The notes beneath the pieces were generated by a model, which did not search any database, was not told the origin of the DNA, and was given only the letters and a program-made list of their open reading frames with translations. From Eledone cirrhosa (Eukaryota), in NCBI GenBank assembly GCA_964016885.1, contig OZ024756.1, forward strand, positions 43,214,001 to 43,278,000: a stretch of DNA of 64,000 bases, given 5' to 3'. Shown here piece by piece: positions 18,001 to 31,361 of the stretch. The position numbers were made by a program, and so were the translations under genes. Position 1 is the stretch's first letter, and each line of letters starts with the position of its first letter.

Positions 18001-21000
18001 CTAGAGACAGACATTGGACACACACTAGAGACAGACATTGGACACACAGTAGAGACAGACATTGGACACTCACTAGAGACAGACATTGGACACACACTAG
18101 AGACAGACATTGGACACACACGAGAGACAGACATTGGACACTCCCTAGAGACAGACATTGGACACTCACTAGAGACAGACATTGGACACACACTAGACAG
18201 ACATTGGACACACACTAGAGAGAGACATTGGACACACACTAGAGACAGACATTGGACGCACTAGAGACAGACATTGGACACACACTAGAGACAGACATTG
18301 GGCACACACTAGAGACAGACATTGGACACACACTAGAGACAGACATTGGACACACACACTAGAGACAGACTTTGGACACACACTAGAGACAGACATTGGA
18401 CACACACACTAGAGACAGACATTGGACACACACTAGAGACAGACNNNNNNNNNNNNNNNNNNNNNNNNNNNNNNNNNNNNNNNNNNNNNNNNNNNNNNNN
18501 NNNNNNNNNNNNNNNNNNNNNNNNNNNNNNNNNNNNNNNNNNNNNNNNNNNNNNNNNNNNNNNNNNNNNNNNNNNNNNNNNNNNNNNNNNNNNNNNNNNN
18601 NNNNNNNNNNNNNNNNNNNNNNNNNNNNNNNNNNNNNNNNNNNNCATTGGACACACACACTAGAGAGAGACATTGTACACTCACTAGAGACAGACATTGG
18701 ACACACACTAGAGACAGACATTGGACACACACTAGAGACAGACATTGGACACACACTAGAGACAGACATTGGGCACACACTAGAGACAGACATTGGACAC
18801 TCACTAGAGACAGACATTGGACACACACACTAGAGAGAGACATTGTACACTCACTAGAGACAGACATTGGACACACACTAGAGACAGACATTGGACACAC
18901 ACTAGAGACAGACATGGGACACACACATTAGAGACAGGCATTGCACACACACTAGAGACAGACATTGGACACACACTAGAGACAGACACTGGACACAGAC
19001 TAGAGACAGACATTGGACACTCACTAGAGACAGACATTGGACACACACCAGAGACAGACATTGGACACACACTAGAGACAGACATTGTACACACACTAGA
19101 GACAGACATTGGACACACACACTAGAGACAGACATTGTACACACACTAGAGACAGACATTGGACACACATTAGAGACAGACATTGGACACACACTAGAGA
19201 CAGACATTGGACACACACGAGAGACAGACATTGGACACTCCCTAGAGACAGTCATTGGACACTCACTAGAGACAGACATTGGACACACACTAGAGACAGA
19301 CATTGGACAAACACACTAGAGACAGACATTGGACACACACTAGAGACAGACATTGGACACACATACTAGAGACAGACATTGGACACACACACACTAGAGA
19401 CAGACATTGGACACACACTAGAGACAGACATTGGACACACACTAGAGACAGACATTGGACACACACACTAGAGACAGACATTGGACACACACTAGAGACA
19501 GACATTGGACACACACTAGAGTCAGACATTGGACACACACACTAGAGACAGACATTGGACACACACTAGAGACAGACATTGGACACACACACTAGAGTCA
19601 GACATTGCACACACACACTAGAGACAGACATTGGACACACACTTGAGACAGACATTGGACACACACTAGAGACAGACATTGGACACACACTAGAGACAGA
19701 CATTGGACACACACTAGAGACAGACATTGGACACACACTAGAGACAGACATTGGACACACACACTAGAGTCAGAGATTGGACACACACACTAGAGACAGA
19801 CATTGGACACACACTAGAGACAGACATTGGACACACACACTAGAGTCAGACATTGCACACACACACTAGAGACAGACATTGGACACTCACTAGAGACAGA
19901 CATTGGACACACACACTAGAGACAGACATTGGACACACTAGAGACAGACATTGGACACACAGTAGAGACAGACATTGGACACACACTAGAGACAGACATT
20001 GGACACACACGAGAGACAGACATATGACACTCCCTAGAGACAGACATTGAACACACACACTAGAGACAGACATTGGACACACACTAGACAGATATTGGAC
20101 TCACACTAGAGACAGACATTGGACACACACTAGAGACAGACATTGGACACACACACTAGAGATAGACATTGGACACACACTAGAGACAGACATTGGATAC
20201 ACACTAGAGACAGACTTTGGACACACACTAGAGACAGACATTGGACACACACTAGAGACAGACATTGGACACACACACTAGAGATTGACATTGGACACAC
20301 ACTAGAGACAGACATTGGACACACACTAGAGACAGACATTGGACACACACTAGAGACAGACATTGGACACACACACTAGAGACAGACTTTGGACACACAC
20401 TAGAGACAGACATTGGACACACACGAGAGACAGACATTGGACACTCCCTAGAGACAGTCATTGGACACTCACTAGAGACAGACATTGGACACACACTAGA
20501 GACAGACATTGGACACACACACTAGAGACAGACATTGGACAAACACACTAGAGACAGACATTGGACACACACTAGAGACAGACATTGGACACACACTAGA
20601 GACAGACATTGGACACACACTAGAGACAGACATTGGACACACACACTAGAGACAGACATTGGACACACACTAGAGACAGACGTTGGACACACACTAGAGA
20701 CAGCCATTGGACACACACACTAGAGACAGACTTTGGACACACACTAGAGACAGACATTGGACACACACACTAGAGACAGACATTGGACACACACAAGAGA
20801 CAGACATTGGACACACACTAGAGACAGACATTGGACATACAATAGAGACAGACATTGGACACTCACTAGAGACAGACATTGGACACACACTAGAGACAGA
20901 CATTGGACACACACGAGAGACAGACATTGGACACTCCCTAGAGACAGACATTGGACACTCACTAGAGACAGACATTGGACACACACTAGACAGACATTGG

Positions 21001-24000
21001 ACACACACTAGAGAGAGACATTGGACACACACTAGAGACAGACATTGGACACACTAGAGACAGACATTGGACACACACTAGAGACAGACATTGGGCACAC
21101 ACTAGAGACAGACATTGGACACACACTAGAGACAGACATTGGACACACACACTAGAGCCAGACTTAGGACACACACTAGAGACAGACTTTGGACACACAC
21201 TAGAGACAGACATTGGACACACACACTAGAGACAGACATTGGACACAAACTAGAGACAGACATTGGACACACACTAGAGACAGACATTGGACACACAGTA
21301 GAGACAGACATTGGACACTCACTAGAGACAGAAATTGGACACACACTAGAGACGGACATTGGACACACACGAGAGACAGACATTGGACACTCCCTAGAGA
21401 CAGACATTGGACACTCACTAGATACAGACATTGGACACACACTAGACAGACATTGGACACACACTAGAGAGTGACATTGGACACACACTAGAGACAGACA
21501 TTGGACACACTAGAGACAGACATTGGACACACACTAGAGACAGACATTGGGCACACACTAGAGACAGACATTGGACACACACTAGAGACAGACATTGGAC
21601 ACACATACTAGAGACAGACATTGGACACACACACTAGAGACAGACATTGGACACACACTAGAGACAGACATTGGACACACACACTAGAGACAGACATTGG
21701 ACACACACTAGAGACAGACATTGGACACACACTAGAGACAGACATTGGACACACACCAGAGACAGACATTGGACACACACTAGAGACAGACTTTGGACAC
21801 ACACTAGAGACAGACATTGGACACACACTAGAGACAGACATTGGGCACACACTAGAGACAGACATTGGAACTCACTAGAGACAGACTTTGGACACACACA
21901 CTAGAGAGAGACATTGTACACTCACTAGAGACAGACATTGGACACACACTAGAGACAGACATTGGACACACACTAGATACAGCCATTGGACACACACTAC
22001 AGACAGACATTAGACACCCACTAGAGACAGATATTGGACACACACTAGAGACAGCCATTGGACACACACTACAGACAGACATTAGACACCCACTAGTGAC
22101 AGACATTGGACACACACACTAGAGAGAGACATTGGACACACACTAGAGACAGACATTGGACACACACTAGAGACAGACATTGGACACACACTAGAGACAG
22201 ACATTGGACACACACTAGAGACAGACATTGGGCACACACTAGAGACAGACATTGGACACTCACTAGAGACAGACATTGGACACACACACTAGAGAGAGAC
22301 ATTGTACACTCACTAGAGACAGACATTGGACACACACTAGAGACAGACATTGGACACACACTAGAGACAGACATGGGACACACACATTAGAGACAGGCAT
22401 TGCACACACACTAGAGACAGACATTGGACACACACTAGAGACAGACACTGGACACAGACTAGAGACAGACATTGGACACTCACTAGAGACAGACATTGGA
22501 CACACACCAGAGACAGACATTGGACACACACTAGAGACAGACATTGTACACACACTAGAGACAGACATTGGACACACACACTAGAGACAGACATTGTACA
22601 CACACTAGAGACAGACATTGGACACACACTAGAGACAGACATTGGACACACACTAGAGACAGACATTGGACACACACGAGAGACAGACATTGGACACTCC
22701 CTAGAGACAGTCATTGGACACTCACTAGAGACAGACATTGGACACACACTAGAGACAGACATTGGACAAACACACTAGAGACAGACATTGGACACACACT
22801 AGAGACAGACATTGGACACACATACTAGAGACAGACATTGGACACACACACTAGAGACAGACATTGGACACACACTAGAGACAGACATTGGACACACACT
22901 AGAGACAGACATTGGACACACACACTAGAGACAGACATTGGACACACACTAGAGACAGACATTGGACACACACTAGAGTCAGACATTGGACACACACACA
23001 CTAGAGACAGACATTGGACACACACTAGAGACAGACATTGGACACACACACTAGAGTCAGACATTGCACACACACACTAGAGACAGACATTGGACACACA
23101 CTTGAGACAGACATTGGACACACACTAGAGACAGACATTGGACACACACTAGAGACAGACATTGGACACACACTAGAGACAGACATTGGACACACACTAG
23201 AGACAGACATTGGACACACACACTAGAGTCAGAGATTGGACACACACACTAGAGACAGACATTGGACACACACTAGAGACAGACATTGGACACACACACT
23301 AGAGTCAGACATTGCACACACACACTAGAGACAGACATTGGACACTCACTAGAGACAGACATTGGACACACACACTAGAGACAGACATTGGACACACTAG
23401 AGACAGACATTGGACACACAGTAGAGACAGACATTGGACACACACTAGAGACAGACATTGGACACACACGAGAGACAGACATATGACACTCCCTAGAGAC
23501 AGACATTGAACACACACACTAGAGACAGACATTGGACACACACTAGACAGATATTGGACACACACTAGAGACAGACATTGGACACACACTAGAGACAGAC
23601 ATTGGACACACACACTAGAGATAGACATTGGACACACACTAGAGACAGACATTGGTCACACACTAGAGACAGACTTTGGACACGCACTAGAGACAGACAT
23701 TGGACACACACTAGAGACAGACATTGGACACACACACTAGAGATAGACATTGGACACACACTAGAGACAGACATTGGACACACACTAGAGACAGACATTG
23801 GACACACACTAGAGACAGACATTGGACACACACACTAGAGACAGACTTTGGACACACACTAGAGACAGACATTGGACACACACGAGAGACAGACATTGGA
23901 CACTCCCTAGAGACAGTCATTGGACACTCACTAGAGACAGACATTGGACACACACTAGAGACAGACATTGGACACACACACTAGAGACAGACATTGGACA

Positions 24001-26823
24001 AACACACTAGAGACAGACATTGGACACACACTAGAGACAGACATTGGACACACACTAGAGACAGACATTGGACACACACTAGAGACAGACATTGGACACA
24101 CACACTAGAGACAGACATTGGACACACACTAGAGACAGACGTTGGACACACACTAGAGACAGCCATTGGACACACACACTAGAGACAGACTTTGGACACA
24201 CACTAGAGACAGACATTGGACACACACACTAGAGACAGACATTGGACACACACTAGAGACAGACATTGGACACACACTAGAGACAGACATTGGACATACA
24301 GTAGAGACAGACATTGGACACTCACTAGAGACAGACATTGGACACACACTAGAGACAGACATTGGACACACACGAGAGACAGACATTGGACACTCCCTAG
24401 AGACAGACATTGGACACTCACTAGAGACAGACATTGGACACACACTAGACACACATTGGACACACACTAGAGAGAGACATTGGACACACACTAGAGACAG
24501 ACATTGGACACACTAGAGACAGACATTGGACACACACTAGAGACAGACATTGGGCACACACTAGAGACAGACATTGGACACACACTAGAGACAGACATTG
24601 GACACACACACTAGAGCCAGACTTAGGACACACACTAGAGACAGACTTTGGACACACACTAGAGACAGACATTGGACACACACACTAGAGACAGACATTG
24701 GACACAAACTAGAGACAGACATTGGACACACACTAGAGACAGACATTGGACACACAGTAGAGACAGACATTGGACACTCACTAGAGACAGACATTGGACA
24801 CACACTAGAGACAGACATTGGACACACACGAGAGACAGACATTGGACACTCCCTAGAGACAGACATTGGACACTCACTAGATACAGACATTGGACACACA
24901 CTAGACAGACATTGGACACACACTAGAGAGTGACATTGGACACACACTAGAGACAGACATTGGACACACACTAGAGACAGACATTGGACAAACACACTAG
25001 AGACAGACATTGGACACACACTAGAGACAGACATTGGACACACATACTAGAGACAGACATTGGACACACACTAGAGACAGACATTGGACACACACACTAG
25101 AGACAGACATTGGACACACACTAGAGACAGACATTGGACACACACTAGAGACAGACATTGGACATACAGTAGAGACAGACATTGGACACTCACTAGAGAC
25201 AGACATTGGACACACACTAGAGACAGACATTGGACACACACGAGAGACAGACATTGGACACTCCCTAGAGACAGACATTGGACACTCACTAGAGACAGAC
25301 ATTGGACACACACTAGACACACATTGGACACACACTAGAGAGAGACATTGGACACACACTAGAGACAGACATTGGACACACTAGAGACAGACATTGGACA
25401 CACACTAGAGACAGACATTGGGCACACACTAGAGACAGACATTGGACACACACTAGAGACAGACATTGGACACACACACTAGAGCCAGACTTAGGACACA
25501 CACTAGAGACAGACTTTGGACACACACTAGAGACAGACATTGGACACACACACTAGAGACAGACATTGGACACAAACTAGAGACAGACATTGGACACACA
25601 CTAGAGACAGACATTGGACACACAGTAGAGACAGACATTGGACACTCACTAGAGACAGACATTGGACACACACTAGAGACAGACATTGGACACACACGAG
25701 AGACAGACATTGGACACTCCCTAGAGACAGACATTGGACACTCACTAGATACAGACATTGGACACACACTAGACAGACATTGGACACACACTAGAGAGTG
25801 ACATTGGACACACACTAGAGACAGACATTGGACACACTAGAGACAGACATTGGACACACACTAGAGACAGACATTGGGCACACACTAGAGACAGACATTG
25901 GACACACACTAGAGACAGACATTGGACACACATACTAGAGACAGACATTGGACACACACACTAGAGACAGACATTGGACACACACTAGAGACAGACATTG
26001 GACACACACACTAGAGACAGACATTGGACACACACTAGAGACAGACATTGGACACACACTAGAGTCAGACATTGGACACACACACTAGAGACAGACATTG
26101 GACACACACTAGAGACAGACATTGGACACACACACTAGAGTCAGACATTGCACACACACACTAGAGACAGACATTGGACACACACTTGAGACAGACATTG
26201 GACACACACTAGAGACAGACATTGGACACACACTAGAGACAGACATTGGACACACACTAGAGACAGACATTGGACACACACTAGAGACAGACATTGGACA
26301 CACACTAGGGACAGACATTGGACAGACACACTAGAGACAGACGTTGGACACACACTAGACAGACATTGGACACACACTAGAGACAGACATTGGACAGACA
26401 CACTAGAGACAGACGTTGGACACACACTAGACAGACATTGGACACACACTAGAGACAGACATTGGACACACACGAGAGACAGACATTGGACACAGACTAG
26501 AGACAGACATTGGACACACACACTAGAGATAGACATTGGACACACACTAGAGACAGACATTGGACACACACACTAGACAGACATTGGACACACACGAGAG
26601 ACAGACATTGGACAGACACACTAGAGACAGACATTGGACACACACACTAGACAGACATTGGACACACACTAGAGACAGACATTGGACACACACGAGAGAC
26701 AAACATTGGACACATACTAGAGACAGACATTGGACACACACACTAGAGATAGACATTGGACACACACACTAGACAGATATTGGACACACACGAGAGACAG
26801 ACATTGGACACACACACTAGAGA
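1..26823. repeat. 24-bp satellite array 1 (consensus CTAGAGACAGACATTGGACACACA; 22/26-bp variants from (CA)n slippage); continues beyond the left edge
   Basis: Head-to-tail monomers, continuous apart from the N gap. Higher-order duplications show as identical ORF translations offset by 1910 (149 vs 2059), 3865 (10001 vs 13866), 3719 (13866 vs 17585), 3459 (18804 vs 22263) and 868 bp (24203 vs 25071). Confidence 0.99.
18445..18644. other. Assembly gap (200 N) inside array 1
   Basis: Exactly 200 N, probably a placeholder length, so the true array size is unknown. Confidence 0.99.
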
Positions 26824-27690
26824 GAAAGATAACACTGACACAAAGACTCACACACACACTATAGAGAAACATTGCATTACACACACACTAGAGAGAGATA
26901 TTGGACACACACACTAGAGAGAGACGTTACATACACACACTATAGAGAAACATTACACTACACACACACTAGAGAGAGATATTGGACACACACACACACA
27001 CTATAGTGAAACATTACATTACACATACATACTATAGAGAAACATTACGCACATAAACACGCGAAACTTTACATTTTATATACACACTATTGTGAAATAA
27101 TATACACACACAATATAGAGAAAGTTACACACAAAGACAGAGGAAACATTACATTACGCAGACACATACACACATATATACATACATACACACATATACA
27201 AACAGTCATACATACACATACAGACAGATATACATACATACACACACATACAAACAGTCATACATACACATACACACATATATACATACATACACACATA
27301 TACAAACAGTCATACATAAACATACACACAGATATAATCATACATACACACACATACAAACATCATACATACACATACACACACATACAGTCATACATAC
27401 ACATACACACATATATACATACATACACATACAAACAGTCATACACACACATACACACAGATATACATACATACACATACAAACAGTCATACATACACAT
27501 ACACACAGATATACATACATACACATACAAACAGTCATACATACACATAGAAACAGTTATACATACATACACACACATACAAACAGTCATACATACACAT
27601 ACACACATATATACATACATACACACACATGCAAACAGTCACACATACACACATACATACATGTGCACATATATATATATATAATATAGA
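26824..27690. repeat. Degenerate satellite edge grading into a complex CA/CATA minisatellite (ACAAACAGTCATACATACACATACAC... units)
   Basis: Decayed monomers (CTATAGAGAAACATTACA, CTAGAGAGAGATATTGGACAC) followed by CATA-rich units. Near-identical paralog at 43585-44445. Confidence 0.9.
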
Positions 27691-27771
27691 TAACATTAAA
27701 AACAATAAGTATTTCTAACTGAAATGAAACAACAAAAGTGATGACTAATGAGAAAATGGAATAAAACTTAC

Positions 27772-28098
27772 TTTTTACAGACTTTGGTGGGGATTTACCC
27801 ATACGTGTGGCACATTGAAAATTTGTTGCATCTTCGCAATTAGGGTTATTTTTCCAACACTGATACTCTCCATTCCATCGCTTATTTGCTGGTATTTTAC
27901 AGTCAAAACCAGGTGTAACTAGTCCTCTCTGAAATACTTTTGTATCTTTGTCGTAATTCAATAATAAAACCTGAGTTCCATTTCGTAGGAGTTTCAACAC
28001 ATTTAGCCTAGTTAAGTCACCATTTACCTTACATGTTATATTTATTCTAGCTGATGATCCAACTTGAAATACGGGTGTTATAGATTTGATATATATAT
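27772..28098 (-). CDS. Gene 2 exon 4: V-like immunoglobulin domain (copy A), 327 bp, phase 1-1
   Basis: Acceptor ctcctcttccatattttatataCAG at 28101-28099 and donor GTAAGT at 27771-27766. Open frame IYIKSITPVFQVGSSARINITCKVNGDLTRLNVLKLLRNG...CEDATNFQCATRMGKSPPKSVK, with a B-strand Cys and an F-strand D-x-x-x-F-x-C. Paralog at 44533-44898. Confidence 0.85.
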
Positions 28099-28419
28099 CT
28101 GTATATAAAATATGGAAGAGGAGAAAATGTTTAGACAAAGATTTATTTAAAAAATAACATATATAATGGCAGGTAGAGAAATCTAAGACGGAGAAGACAT
28201 CAATAATAGAAAAAGGAGAGAAATACAGTTGTGAATGATAGAAGAATAATAATAATAAGAAGAAGAAGAAGAAGAAGCATGGAAACATGAATTAGTATGT
28301 ATTTCAAACATAAACATATCTCACATGGAAACATACAATCATGCATATATACAAACATGTATTGATAGAGGCAGACATATATTTAAAAATATGGAATCTC
28401 TCTCATCTAATATGCCCAA

Positions 28420-28599
28420 TCTCAATTTTTTCCAATTCCAACCCACCCGTCCCCTCAGTCTATCTTATTTCTCATTCTTTCTTCTGATGAAGGACTAGCG
28501 TCCGAAACGTTAAGACCCTCTTCCTGCTATATCAAGCGTTAACCTAATATATCCCTTCCATATACTGTACCAATTGTGTGGTTATTTCTGTTTAACTTT

Positions 28600-28600
<1 letters not shown>
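28420..28600 (+). mobile_element. Penelope-like element terminal-repeat fragment carrying a hammerhead motif
   Basis: Reverse-complement homolog at 47419-47595. Contains CTGATGA-A-GGAC-TAGC-GTCC-GAAAC and ends in a (CATA)/(TA)n microsatellite. Family assignment rests on the known PLE-hammerhead association. Confidence 0.6.
28480..28515 (+). ncRNA. Candidate minimal type I hammerhead ribozyme
   Basis: TCTT-CTGATGA-A-GGAC(TAGC)GTCC-GAAAC-GTT-AAGA: core boxes, perfect 4-bp stem II, stem I TCTT/AAGA, and palindromic AACGTT in place of stem III. Confidence 0.6.
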
Positions 28601-28642
<42 letters not shown>

Positions 28643-28647
<5 letters not shown>

Positions 28648-29313
28648 ATATTTAGAAACACACAGATACATGCGGACACACACATATATACATGAATGCA
28701 TCCGCACCTAACTGTGAGTTAAGGGTGCCAACTTCACCGATGTTGCTCAATGAATGACTGGGACAGACCAATTCAGTTGAACCAGACTGAACCAGTATCA
28801 GAGTTAAAAATACATTATGAAGAGAGAAGAAACATTTAGATATAATTAGTAATAAAATGTATCATACCTAAACTGCTTCTAAATTCAACGAGTACGTAGT
28901 TTCGTGGCATAAACAAAAACAATATATCATAAAGATATAGAGTCCTTGCGAGGTCTGCCGACTTAACAAGAGGATACCTCATTTTACTAGTCTCAAGAAC
29001 GCGTCTACACGACGTGAGAAAGAATCCCAAAAGGCGGAGGGGGAGATAGTCACGCGATATAACGGTCGAGAAACAGAGCTAAGCCTCCTATAACCCCGAA
29101 GAAAATACCACGGAGGCGGAGGGGGTATTTATATCGAAGCCGTAGAAGAGGTGGTGAAGGAGGCGAGAAGTATGAGTAATGGAAGCTTTCCAGCTGTCCC
29201 CACACTTCAAAGATTGCTCGACCAGAGGGAGTTATTAACAATATATTTAGAAACACACAGATACATGTGGACACACACATATATACATGAATGCATCCGC
29301 ACCCAACTGTGAG

Positions 29314-29316
<3 letters not shown>
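28643..29316. repeat. 79-bp direct repeats (28643-28721, 29238-29316) flanking a ~516-bp unique insert, embedded in (TA)n
   Basis: The two copies differ at 2 positions. The whole block is absent from the paralogous intron (57424-57510). Confidence 0.85.
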
Positions 29317-29386
<70 letters not shown>

Positions 29387-29425
29387 CACAGAAATGTAAT
29401 ACATAAAAGAAAATAATTTGCTCAC

Positions 29426-29740
29426 TTTTATATGTAAGGAAGACTACAAAGTCAAGTTTCATATTCAATACTGAACAGGTGATGGTTATATTGGGGTAGT
29501 CTTCAATTGTTACGTTGTAGTAAAACTGTGACTCTAATGAAACATAACATTTGTTAATTTTTGGAACATTCACAGATTTTAGACTGACTTCTGTTTCGTT
29601 ACTTCCATGTGTTACACTCCATTTAAACAGGACATTCTCTTCAGAATTTGGGACAAAATTTAAATGACATCTGAAGGTAGATATCTGGTTAATTTTGTGG
29701 TTCTTAGTGTCAGACGTCAGATCTTTCAGAGCTGATTTCA
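29426..29740 (-). CDS. Gene 2 exon 3: C-type immunoglobulin domain (copy B), 315 bp, phase 1-1
   Basis: Acceptor ttttatcttttCAG at 29743-29741 and donor GTGAG at 29425-29421. Reads KSALKDLTSD...STFRCHLNF...LFKWSV...NKCYVSLES...NITITCSVLNMKLDFVVFLTYK, with Ig C...W...C spacing. Same-length paralog at 57571-57885. Confidence 0.87.
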
Positions 29741-29859
29741 CTGAAAAGATAAAATGTAAATCTTAGTAAAATAAATAATGAAATGAAACCTTGGCTGCTT
29801 TCATTGATGCAAACAACTAAAATATTGAATGTGGAGGTTGCTTCTGATAGGACACTCTG

Positions 29860-31260
29860 GAAAGCATGTGTGAGGACTCTGCCCTAACAATACTCTCATG
29901 TTGAGGAAGAGAAGAATATCACCCAAATATTTTGTGACACAGAAGCAGGGTAAATGCAATGAGGAACAAGATGTATATGACAATAACTACACACCCGCTA
30001 ATGACACCCAATCCAACAAAGGGGTCAGTTCTACAACTCAGCAGTGACATAGTAAGACAATTAAGGATACGAAGACAGACAAATCAAGTGGACTACCGGG
30101 CTTAGTTGTTGAAATGCTGAAAGCACCTGGGATGGTAGGTCACATCATAATGAACTGTATCATAAACCAAGTAATACAAAGTAATGTCATACCCAATGAC
30201 TGGTGTAGCTGGAGCATTGACAACTACTACATAAGCAAAGGAGAGGCTCTAGACAGAGAACAATATAGAGGTAACAAGTTGAGGAACCAGGTCATGAAAC
30301 TTACAGAAAGAGTTATCATTTAGCTGATTAGGGACCAAATTAAACCAAAGGGGATACAGTTCAGATTTATGCCAGGTAAACATACCACTAATGTCCTCTT
30401 CTTTGTGAGGCAAATGCAGGTAAAGTACCTAGCTAAACATAAGCCCCTCTACATGGCATTTGTTGATCTGAAGAAAGTATTTTACAAAGTCTTCCATTCC
30501 ATAATCTGGTGGGCTGTTAGAAAACTCAGCGTAGATGAGAGACTGAGGGTGGTATAAGCCATGTATTCACAATTATTATAGTGAGGAATTTAGTGTGTAA
30601 ATGTGGGTTCTTCAAGGGTCTGTTCATAGACCTCTCCTCGTTTATTATTATCTTGCAGGCTATAACATAATAGTAGTAGACTGGCTGCCCATGGGAAATC
30701 CTATATGCTGATTATCTAACTCTCATTACCTGAAATTATGGCAGAAATAGAGTACAAATTCATGCTCTAGAAGTAAAAGGTCATAAAGTCAACTAGGCAA
30801 AGACTAACTTACTAGTAATTAGAAAGGAAAACAAGGTCCTGATAGCTGTGGGGAGTAGTCTTGCTTAATGTACAGGAGATGAATGAGTAGAAATTCTATC
30901 CTGTGTTCCAAATGATGACTATAGGTATACAAGTGATGTAATGTGATCTCAGACAGCCTAACAAAGATGTAGGTTTTATAAGTGGTTGATAAATAGGAGC
31001 AGTTAACAGTAAGGGCTCAACGGAAAACAAGCTCTATTAGATAGTCAGAGGACTCCATAGAAGTAGTTGATAGCTTCTGTGACCTGCATGTGTTCGATGG
31101 CTGTGCAATAGTAGTGTGCATGCAAGGCAAAGCATCAATAAACTGTGACAAAACTGGGTATATACGGTGCAGTTACAGTGTAGAGAGGAGATTGCAGTGG
31201 TATGGACAGGTAAAGTGAATAGTGGCTGACAGGTGTGAAACATATGCAGGGTGCTCAAAG
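29860..31260 (+). mobile_element. Degenerate RTE-clade LINE reverse transcriptase relic, antisense to the host gene
   Basis: FMPGKHTTNVLFFVRQMQVKYLAKHKPLYMAFVDLKKVF matches the non-LTR RT motif. GCPWEILYADYL (~30683-30720) is a decayed YADD. Contains stops and frameshifts; boundaries approximate. Confidence 0.85.
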
Positions 31261-31361
31261 TTGATGGAAGTTATGGAAGAGGAAATCTTGGGATGAAGTG
31301 ATAAAAGCGAAACTTCCACATTTATAACTCTGAAAGGAAATGAAGCCGGATCAACATCTCT

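Noticed and set aside
1-26823. CRISPR-like array of regularly spaced ~24-bp repeats
   Set aside because: Monomers are contiguous with no unique spacers, there are no cas genes, and the context is eukaryotic (spliceosomal introns, SINEs).
27587-28288. 233-aa and 229-aa (44294-44983) single-exon ORFs with hydrophobic ends resembling signal and TM segments
   Set aside because: The hydrophobic ends come from intronic polypyrimidine, (CTT)n and TG/TA microsatellite read-through. Only the splice-bounded central part is exon.
29860-31260. Active reverse transcriptase or retroelement-driven diversification (DGR-like) next to variable exons
   Set aside because: The RT is full of stops and frameshifts, the catalytic motif reads YADY, and both copies share lesions. 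It is a passively duplicated relic, and there is no template-repeat/variable-repeat pair.
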